Source: Alphaproteobacteria bacterium
GTDB lineage: Bacteria; Pseudomonadota; Alphaproteobacteria; Micavibrionales; UBA2020
Assembly (NCBI GenBank): GCA_046314385.1
Contig: JBKBWZ010000001.1
Coordinates: 7,955-71,954 of the forward strand
DNA: 64,000 nucleotides
Direction of reading: 5' to 3'
In this document: positions 8,370 to 15,844 of the stretch, in pieces
Layout: the number at the start of each line of letters is the position of its first letter
Position numbering within the stretch: the stretch's first letter is position 1
Notes under the pieces: generated by a model
Database searches by the model: none
Told to the model about the DNA's origin: nothing
Seen by the model: the letters and a program-made list of their open reading frames with translations, nothing else
Translations under genes and position numbers: made by a program

Positions 8370-9730
8370 AACTCACCTTTCTCGGTGCGGCAGGTACGGT
8401 CACGGGTTCGCGTTATTTACTGGAAGACGACAACCGCAAGATACTGATTGACGCCGGATTGTTTCAGGGGCGCAAAGATCTGCGAGAGCGCAACTGGACC
8501 CCGCCGACATTCAACCCTGCCGATATCGATGCAATTCTGCTGACGCATGCCCATATTGATCACAGCGGATATATCCCGCGGCTGGTCAAGGACGGATTTC
8601 GCGGCCCGATTTATTGTACGTCCGCGACGCAAGACCTTTGCAATATCTTGCTGCCGGATAGCGCGTATTTGCAGGAGGAAGACGCCGCCAACGCCAATCG
8701 CTTCGGCTATTCCAAACACCAGCCTGCCTTGCCGCTGTATACGCAGGCCGATGCGGAGGCGGCGCTGGAGCAATTCCGCGCCATAGATTTTGGCAAACGC
8801 TATGCGCTCAAAGATAGTTTGCTGGGCTTTACCATGTACCGCGCCGGCCATATTCTGGGCGCGGCGTTTATCCGTGTGGATGACGGCATGACGTCGGTGC
8901 TGTTTGGCGGGGACATCGGGCGTCTCAACAATCCGGTCATGAAACCACCTGCCAAGATACAGGAAGCGGATTATCTGCTGATTGAATCAACTTATGGCGA
9001 CCGGCTGCACAATACCGACGATCCGACCGAAGATATTTTTCGCATTGTGCGCGATACGGCGGCGCGCGGCGGCACGGTCGTTATTCCGGCTTTTGCCGTC
9101 GGCCGTACGCAGGCGATTCTGTATCATATTTATCTGCTCAAAAAGCAAGGGCGCATCGCCGATGTGCCTGTTTTTGTCGATAGTCCGATGGCTATCCGCG
9201 CCACGGCGCTGCTTTCCCGCCATCCTGCCGACCACCGCCTGCCGCCGGATATCTGCGCGGCCATCGACAGCATGACGCGCTATACCCAGACAACGGAAGA
9301 GTCGAAAGAGATCAACAGCCGCAACAGCGGGATGCCGAAAATTATTATTTCTGCCAGCGGTATGGCGACAGGCGGGCGTATTCTGCACCACCTTAAATAT
9401 TACATCGGTGATGAACGCAATACGATTTTGCTGGCAGGGTTTCAGGCGGACGGCACGCGCGGTGATCGTCTGGCACGCGGCGAAAAAGAACTTTCGATCC
9501 ACGGGCAGATGTGGCCGGTGCGGGCGCAAATCGCGCATCTCGATAATATGTCGGCGCATGCGGATTATGCCGAGATACTGACATGGCTCGGCAATTTCAG
9601 CGCGCCACCACGCCGCGTGTTTATCACGCACGGGGAGCCGCAAGCCGCCGCCGCGATGCGCGGGCATATCGAAACGCGTTTTGGCTGGGACGCACATGTG
9701 CCTGAACATGGCGAGACGGTTGAATTATAA
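8366..9730 (+). CDS. MBL-fold metallo-hydrolase with beta-CASP / RNA-metabolising domain
   Basis: 454 aa. It has the HAHIDHSG metallo-beta-lactamase motif and a C-terminal MSAHAD...ITHGE block. Its ATGA start/stop overlaps the symporter gene. Confidence 0.85.
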   Translation: MKLTFLGAAGTVTGSRYLLEDDNRKILIDAGLFQGRKDLRERNWTPPTFNPADIDAILLTHAHIDHSGYIPRLVKDGFRGPIYCTSATQDLCNILLPDSAYLQEEDAANANRFGYSKHQPALPLYTQADAEAALEQFRAIDFGKRYALKDSLLGFTMYRAGHILGAAFIRVDDGMTSVLFGGDIGRLNNPVMKPPAKIQEADYLLIESTYGDRLHNTDDPTEDIFRIVRDTAARGGTVVIPAFAVGRTQAILYHIYLLKKQGRIADVPVFVDSPMAIRATALLSRHPADHRLPPDICAAIDSMTRYTQTTEESKEINSRNSGMPKIIISASGMATGGRILHHLKYYIGDERNTILLAGFQADGTRGDRLARGEKELSIHGQMWPVRAQIAHLDNMSAHADYAEILTWLGNFSAPPRRVFITHGEPQAAAAMRGHIETRFGWDAHVPEHGETVEL

Positions 9731-9748
9731 AGGACAAAGGGGGCGGGC

Positions 9749-11167
9749 ATGCAGGTGCCGGTCAAATATCTGAACGCCTACAGAAACGTCAAGGGCCGTC
9801 TTGACCTGCTGCGTTTCCTTTTCCGCTGGGATAGCGATTACCGCAAAGATTTGCTGATCACTATCCTTGCTTTTGCGCTGCTAGCCTATTCCATCTACGA
9901 CCTTGATGACTGGATGGATCTGGTGGCGATGGGTATAGAAATTACAATCATCATGCTCCAGCTGGGTAGGGAAATGTCGATTTTGCCGCGCGACTATCGC
10001 CCGTCGCAGGGCGGGGTGCGCTATACCGTGCAGGCCAGCACGCATATTTCTTATGAAGAACTGAGCTTTTTGATGTCCGGTGTGTATCCGCCGGTGGTCG
10101 AGGAAATGCTCGGCTTTCATTACCCCATGGCGATTGTGGGGATGAGCCGCGAAAGCCCGCTGGCCAGCCCTGCGTTTGACGATACGTTTATGCTCAAACG
10201 CAAAATCACCTATCGGGATGATGCGCAGGAACGCCGCTATATCCGCTCGCGCCATCAGGTACGCTATATCGCCATACGTGTCGCTGATAAACTTCAGCAT
10301 ACTACAAACGGTGTCAAGCTGGCGCTGCAGGGCACGGCGGATGCGCTTTTGTCGGGCTGGCCGGTGCCGCTGCGGAAGTCCTATTATTTTGATGCGCTTT
10401 TGACGGCAGAAGCCTTCCGCAGCCGTATCTTCCGCACCAATATTGACGGACAAAAAGAAGTCTATACCGATCTGACGACATACTTCCCCGTCTACAAAGA
10501 AACTGTCGGCGGGCAGGAATGTGTGCGTTTTACCGATGATTTTCATGAGCGTGTTTCCGGCCATGTCGGTATTACTTCTTTGCTGCTGACAGAAAACCGC
10601 CGTGTGGCGATGCTGTTTCAGGGGTCGACCAAGGCCATCGGCTCGCGCACGGTCAGTCTGGGTGGTTCGGGCTCTCTCGATTATGCCGATATGCAGCGTG
10701 CGGGGCATCCGGAAGACCTGCGCGAGCTTTTGGCCGCAGGCATGGCGCGCGAAGTGGCCGAAGAAACCGGCCTTAACGCGCATGTCAAAGAGATAAAGGA
10801 CAATACGCTGGTCATTGGCTTTTTCCGCTGGGTTGACCGCTGCGGCAAACCGGAATTTGTCGGGGTAACGCGCGCCGGCAGTATCGATTTCGCCAAAAAC
10901 CAGTCAATTGACGGCGACGAAGTCATCGGCTTTGATGAAATTCCGGTGACGGTAAACAGGCTGGAAGATTTTATCGATGTGCTGAAATATGTCCGCGATC
11001 ATGATATCAATGTCGCGCTGTCGTCTTTGATGGCCCTTTACCGTCTTGTTGTCGTTGCGCGTTATAACCGCAGCGGCAATATGACCGAAACCCAGCGCAA
11101 GGTCTACGACCGTATATCGTCTTTCCTGTTCGAAGGCTGGAAGATTGTTCCGGCAGACGGTGATTAA
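9749..11167 (+). CDS. membrane-anchored protein with C-terminal non-canonical Nudix-like domain
   Basis: 472 aa with two N-terminal hydrophobic helices. The Nudix-box core E-x7-REVAEETGL matches REUxEExGU exactly. The G-to-E spacing is longer than canonical. It begins 18 nt downstream of the MBL gene. Confidence 0.6.
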   Translation: MQVPVKYLNAYRNVKGRLDLLRFLFRWDSDYRKDLLITILAFALLAYSIYDLDDWMDLVAMGIEITIIMLQLGREMSILPRDYRPSQGGVRYTVQASTHISYEELSFLMSGVYPPVVEEMLGFHYPMAIVGMSRESPLASPAFDDTFMLKRKITYRDDAQERRYIRSRHQVRYIAIRVADKLQHTTNGVKLALQGTADALLSGWPVPLRKSYYFDALLTAEAFRSRIFRTNIDGQKEVYTDLTTYFPVYKETVGGQECVRFTDDFHERVSGHVGITSLLLTENRRVAMLFQGSTKAIGSRTVSLGGSGSLDYADMQRAGHPEDLRELLAAGMAREVAEETGLNAHVKEIKDNTLVIGFFRWVDRCGKPEFVGVTRAGSIDFAKNQSIDGDEVIGFDEIPVTVNRLEDFIDVLKYVRDHDINVALSSLMALYRLVVVARYNRSGNMTETQRKVYDRISSFLFEGWKIVPADGD

Positions 11168-12165
11168 ATCTCAAACGGCGCGACGCGTATATCGCCCGTG
11201 GCCGTGCCGCGCCAGTTTTGCTGGCTGGGTAGGCAAAGCGGGCGGATGGCGCCCAGCACGGCGGGTGATGCCAGCGCGTATTTCTCCAGCAGCGCATAAA
11301 GCGCCGCCTGCGCGCCGCGCGCCGCACCATCTTCGGTCTTGAGGGCGATGACCGTGTCTTTTTCGGGGATAACGGCGATATAGCAGCCCTCCGCACCGGC
11401 TTTGGAGAGAATGTCTCCGCCCGCGGCCTGCATCAACACGGTATCCAGTCTGTTTTTGCTGCCGCCGATATGCAGCGGATGCGCCGTCATCGCCTGATAG
11501 AGGTGACGGCAGGCGCTGCCGCGGCGAAATCCGGCCTTGTCGGCACGCATAAAAGCCGCAAATCCGCGCGCAAGGGCAGAAAGCGGCATGACAGGGTTGG
11601 GCGCAGAGCATCCGTCAATACCGCATTGCGTGCTGCTCAGCGGCAGACCGCAAAGGTCGGCAAGGGTGGCGAGGATCATCTGCTGCACCGGATGCGCAGG
11701 ATCGAGATATCCCTCCGCCGGCGCATCCATAAATTTAGCAAGGGTCAGCATGCCGGCATGTTTGCCGGAGCAATTGTTGCAAAGCGCGCTGGCCGGTTTG
11801 CAAAGGTCGGCATAGGGCGCATGCGCGCCGCAGCCAAGATGGTTTTCATCAAGCCCAAGCCGTGCCAGCCAGTCGGCAGCGGTTTTGACATGGATATCTT
11901 CGCCGCTGTGCGAAGCGCAGGCAAGGGCAAGCTCGGCATCGCTGACGCCCAAGGCCGCCGCCGCGCCGCTTTCGACCAGCGCCACCGCTTGCAGCGGCTT
12001 CAGCGTCGAGCGGGGATAGATCATCCGTTCGGTATCGCCATAAGCGGCGGCAACATCGCCTTCGCCGCGCAAAACAACAGCATGCACGCGGTGCAGGCTT
12101 TCGTCGATACCGCCGCGCGTGGCGGCAACGATCAGTGGCGGAAAAGGGCGGACTATGGCAGGCAT
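11164..12165 (-). CDS. asparaginase family protein (Asparaginase_II type)
   Basis: 333 aa. N-terminal LIVAATRGGIDESLHRVHAVV, then blocks ASHSGE, CSGKHAGML and GAEG, typical of the Rhizobium-type asparaginase II family. Confidence 0.75.
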   Translation of the reverse strand: MPAIVRPFPPLIVAATRGGIDESLHRVHAVVLRGEGDVAAAYGDTERMIYPRSTLKPLQAVALVESGAAAALGVSDAELALACASHSGEDIHVKTAADWLARLGLDENHLGCGAHAPYADLCKPASALCNNCSGKHAGMLTLAKFMDAPAEGYLDPAHPVQQMILATLADLCGLPLSSTQCGIDGCSAPNPVMPLSALARGFAAFMRADKAGFRRGSACRHLYQAMTAHPLHIGGSKNRLDTVLMQAAGGDILSKAGAEGCYIAVIPEKDTVIALKTEDGAARGAQAALYALLEKYALASPAVLGAIRPLCLPSQQNWRGTATGDIRVAPFEI

Positions 12166-12278
12166 GACGGCTCCGGCAGGTGTAAAGCTGTTGAAATATA
12201 GACGTTTTCAGGGCGGTTGACAAAAGCTTCCTCCGCTTCATATCATCAGCTCCCGATAAACATGGGCTTGAACGGAAT

Positions 12279-13085
12279 ATGACGGCACAGGCACCCAAGG
12301 CACTTGTGGTTTTTGATCTGGTATCGACGCTGACCGATGCCGGCCCGCGTTATGTGCGCGCCTTTGCCGATGTTTGCGCCGCGCATGGCTATCCGGTGCC
12401 GGCGGACGAAGACATCCTTGATATGCTCGGCAACAAATCCTTGCCCGATATTATGCGGCATTTTATCGGCGAGTTGCCGGACGAGACGCGCAAGGTCTTT
12501 ATGCAAGATTGCAACAATACCTGCGATGCCCTGCTGCGCCGTCCCGACTGGCAAGAGCGGCTGTTTCCCCATGTGCGCGAAGCGGTGGAAACGCTGACGC
12601 TTATGGGCGTCACGCTTGGCATTTATACCGGCACGCGCGAAGACGCGCTGGCAGACCAGCTGGATTATCACGATCTGGGCGCGTTTTTCGACCCGCGCTA
12701 TATCCGCGGCAAAGACAACCTACGCGATGCGGGCGTGAAGACATCAGACCTCAAGGCGGCGCAGCTGGCGGATATTGTGGCGGCTTTTCGCCGTGATGCG
12801 GGTGATAACGCCGTGATTGTCGTGATCGGGGACAGCGCCGCCGATGCGGCAGCGGCGGCCAAGCAGGGGCTTGATTTTGCAGGCTTCGCTGCCGATGACC
12901 GCAAAAAGGCACACATCGAAGCCGCAGGCGTGCAGCACATCATGCGTGATTTTGCCGACCTGCCGGATTTTGTCATGCGTTTCGTGCGTCCTGCGGGCAA
13001 TGATAATCCGCCGCCTGCGAAAAAGCCCGAAATGACCCCGCAGAAGGCGGGGCCGCCGCGCGCAAGCTCCCCACCACGCCCCTGA
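12279..13085 (+). CDS. HAD-superfamily hydrolase (atypical motif I) with Pro-rich C-terminal tail
   Basis: 268 aa. Motif I is VVFDLVSTLTD (second Asp replaced). GTRED and a late GDSAADAAAA block fit the HAD fold. Confidence 0.7.
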   Translation: MTAQAPKALVVFDLVSTLTDAGPRYVRAFADVCAAHGYPVPADEDILDMLGNKSLPDIMRHFIGELPDETRKVFMQDCNNTCDALLRRPDWQERLFPHVREAVETLTLMGVTLGIYTGTREDALADQLDYHDLGAFFDPRYIRGKDNLRDAGVKTSDLKAAQLADIVAAFRRDAGDNAVIVVIGDSAADAAAAAKQGLDFAGFAADDRKKAHIEAAGVQHIMRDFADLPDFVMRFVRPAGNDNPPPAKKPEMTPQKAGPPRASSPPRP

Positions 13086-13233
13086 AAACGACCTGAAAAC
13101 CGGCCTGCAGCGCCGCACAGCCTGTGCGGGAATATTTATATACCGGGGGCAATTTATCGTTGCATCCGCAAGACCGAATCACGCATCATGGTTTCCGTAA
13201 AGCAAACATTCACTCATATGCAGGAGGCGTGAT

Positions 13234-13512
13234 TTGACATCCCAGACGTTTAAACAAAAATTTTCAGCTGTGCGCGATTTTACGGCGGTGGCTTTGCTGG
13301 CCGGCGGCGCGGTTTTCTTTTATCACAGCGAAGCGCCTGCCGATACGCGCCCGCCGGAAGCCAAACATGCTTTTGTGGATGCAAATCCGATCCGTCTGGA
13401 CTGGGTTTCAGCGGCTTTCAAATCGCCGGCGGCCAAGACAGAGCCGCAGCCCAAAGCCCCGGCGCCGAAGCCGTCCTTTGTCGATGAAAATCCGATACGT
13501 TTCGCACGCTGA
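13234..13512 (+). CDS. small membrane-anchored protein with duplicated FVDxNPIR motif
   Basis: 92 aa. The TTG start is preceded by a strong CAGGAGG RBS at 13221-13227. It has one TM helix and two copies of the motif (AFVDANPIRLDW and SFVDENPIRFAR). Confidence 0.55.
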   Translation: MTSQTFKQKFSAVRDFTAVALLAGGAVFFYHSEAPADTRPPEAKHAFVDANPIRLDWVSAAFKSPAAKTEPQPKAPAPKPSFVDENPIRFAR

Positions 13513-13526
13513 TCGCCTGCGTCAGA

Positions 13527-14138
13527 TCAATCGAAGGTATTAAAGATCATGCCGGGGTTCAGGTAATCGAACAGCGTCTTGGTCGAGCTGTTGTTGACCT
13601 GCCCGCCGGTCAGATAAGGTTTTTGGTATAGTTTGTCTTCTTTGAAAACCATACTGAGCGCATAGTCAAACCCCTTGGAATCCGTTTGCATACGAATGGG
13701 TGATGTCAGCCCGTGGCGGCGTTTGACGCTTTTATATTCGATGCGATACCCTTCGAGGGATTCGAGGAAGCTGAGGATATTCTCGTCGGTATAAAAATGC
13801 ACGGGAATCCCCGCATCTTCACCGCCGAACAGGATGCCGACGATTTCATTACGGGCCAAACGGCGGAAATCTTTCTGCGTGCGGCCAAGGCGGGCAAAGA
13901 CTTCTTCTTTGGACATACCGGGCTCAAGGCTGCTGACCCAGTTTTCAAGATCTGTATTCTTATCGTAGTAAGATTTATTGACGGCATCTGTTCCGCCCGG
14001 CAATGTACCCGCGCAGCCGGACAGCAGCAGCACAGCGATCAGCAGCACCAGAAAAATACCCGTGATAACCGGCAGGGCAGGCCTTTGCTGTGCCGCGGGG
14101 GCCGTGAGAGTACGGGCGATAGGGCGTTTCCTGTGCAT
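13527..14138 (-). CDS. hypothetical lipoprotein
   Basis: The lipobox LLLSGCAG follows a hydrophobic signal segment. The start is taken at MHRKRP (the ORF extends to 14195). No known domain recognised. Confidence 0.6.
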   Translation of the reverse strand: MHRKRPIARTLTAPAAQQRPALPVITGIFLVLLIAVLLLSGCAGTLPGGTDAVNKSYYDKNTDLENWVSSLEPGMSKEEVFARLGRTQKDFRRLARNEIVGILFGGEDAGIPVHFYTDENILSFLESLEGYRIEYKSVKRRHGLTSPIRMQTDSKGFDYALSMVFKEDKLYQKPYLTGGQVNNSSTKTLFDYLNPGMIFNTFD

Positions 14139-14312
14139 ATCCTGCCTGAAGAGAGTCTGTAAGACATGCCGTCCGCAGGCGGGCTGCGGCAACATGTGCG
14201 TGTATCCCCATTATGCCGCGCAAAAATGAAATAAATCATTAACATGGCAGCCCCGTCTTGACGGCAGCCGCAAAAAAATCGGCTGTGCGGTGCAGCAAAA
14301 GCGGTGCGGCGG

Positions 14313-15665
14313 CTATTCCGAGAATTCCTCCAGATCGGGGATACGGGTAAAGGCGATCTTGGTGCCCGTATCGCGGGTTTGTTTCTGCCCGGATGTCATC
14401 CCCAGCACAACGGTGTCGCGGCCGAATTTCCGGTTCAGGCTGTCGATGGCGGCAGACATTTTGTCGTGCTTTTCTTTTTTGGGCCGTGCCGGCGCAGTCG
14501 CCCGGGTTCCTGACGCGTCTTTGTCTGCATCTTGCGCAGGGCGTGCTGCAAAGAGGTCTCCCTGCGCCGAGGCGCTTTCTTCGTCTTCAAGGCCGGAAAG
14601 TGTGACGGAGACTTTTTTGATGCGCTGCCGTCCGATTTCACGCTCGAGCGTTTCCCAAAGCCTGTCCAGCATACCGAGAAAAGAGAAACTGTCGCTGGCG
14701 GGGGCTTCTGCGGATATGTCGGCAGCAAGGCGCGGGCCATTTTCAATGCGTACCGACAAGGTCAGCCGCCGTGCCTGAAAATCCATACGGCGCAGACGGC
14801 TGGCGGCTTTCATCAGCAAGCGCCGCGCAACAAGCCGTGCTTCGGCCGGCGGGCGCAGCTCGGGCGCCAGTACGTGACTATGTCCGATGCTGCGTCTTTC
14901 GGTTTTTTCTTCCGGCAATTCAATGCCGCGCAGCAAATACCACATTTTTTCACCCCAGATACTGCCCCATATGGCGCGCAGATGTTTGGGTGAAAAGCCA
15001 TAGAGCTGGGCAATATCGCGCAGTCCGTGTTCGTTCAGCCGCCTCTCCATATTCGCGCCGATACCGGGCAAATCGCGCAGGCCCAGATGTAAAAGCCGCC
15101 CCGGAATATCTTTTGGCAAAAGCAGTGTCAGGCCGTCTGGTTTTTGCAAATCGGTCGCCACCTTGGCCAGATAGCGGTTGGGCGCCACGCCGATAGAACA
15201 GCGGACATAGGCGCCAATATGCGCGGCAATCCCCTGTTTGATCCTTTGTGCAAGGCCGGTGACAAAAGCAGGGTCGGTTTCGTTATCCATCAGCCGGCAC
15301 GCCACTTCGTCAATCGAACAGACGGCGGTGACCGGAATATGCCGGTCAATTTCATCGATCAGCCGGTGATGAAATTCGACATATGTTTCATGATTGCCGC
15401 TGACGCAAATCAGTCCGGGGCACAGGCGTTTGGCTTCGTAAACCGGTGTGCCTGTTTTGATGCCAAAGGCCTTGGCCTCGTAGCTGGCGGCGATGGCACA
15501 GGTGGCGTCGCTCGCCAGCGGGGTGACAATGATCGGCTTACCGCGCAGCGCCGGTTTCAATTGTTGCTCCACGCTGGCGAAGTAGCTGTTGAAATCGACA
15601 TAAAGCCAGCGCAGGCCGCTTTGCGCGGGCTTTGGTGGCGGCTCTGGCATGCCGGGGCGGGACAT
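14313..15665 (-). CDS. Y-family DNA polymerase (UmuC/ImpB-like)
   Basis: 450 aa. Motifs: LYVDFNSYFASVEQ, SIDEVACRL and LPGIG (helix-hairpin-helix). No umuD-like gene is adjacent. Confidence 0.85.
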   Translation of the reverse strand: MSRPGMPEPPPKPAQSGLRWLYVDFNSYFASVEQQLKPALRGKPIIVTPLASDATCAIAASYEAKAFGIKTGTPVYEAKRLCPGLICVSGNHETYVEFHHRLIDEIDRHIPVTAVCSIDEVACRLMDNETDPAFVTGLAQRIKQGIAAHIGAYVRCSIGVAPNRYLAKVATDLQKPDGLTLLLPKDIPGRLLHLGLRDLPGIGANMERRLNEHGLRDIAQLYGFSPKHLRAIWGSIWGEKMWYLLRGIELPEEKTERRSIGHSHVLAPELRPPAEARLVARRLLMKAASRLRRMDFQARRLTLSVRIENGPRLAADISAEAPASDSFSFLGMLDRLWETLEREIGRQRIKKVSVTLSGLEDEESASAQGDLFAARPAQDADKDASGTRATAPARPKKEKHDKMSAAIDSLNRKFGRDTVVLGMTSGQKQTRDTGTKIAFTRIPDLEEFSE

Positions 15666-15703
15666 CGGGGGCTCCTCGGTTTTGCGGTCAAAAAAGGGCG
15701 TAT

Positions 15704-15718
15704 GATCACTATATGTTC
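15704..15718. promoter_or_regulatory. candidate alphaproteobacterial-type LexA (SOS) box GATC-N7-GTTC
   Basis: It has one mismatch to the GTTC-N7-GTTC direct-repeat consensus. It lies 39-53 nt upstream of the Y-family polymerase start. Confidence 0.3.
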
Positions 15719-15844
15719 ACTTTATATACTCTTTTTGTTTAAAAGTCAAAGCGGCTCCCTTTGCGCTTCGTTAACCTTCGCATGCTAGATTAATCAGGCA
15801 CTTGGCGCATTGTCCGGGTGAACGGGACAGGGGGATCTCGCGGC

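Noticed and set aside
11164-11167. Convergent genes (Nudix-like and asparaginase) whose stop codons overlap by 4 nt.
   Set aside because: This is real but a common compaction feature. No terminator or regulatory structure is evident, so it is of little interest on its own.
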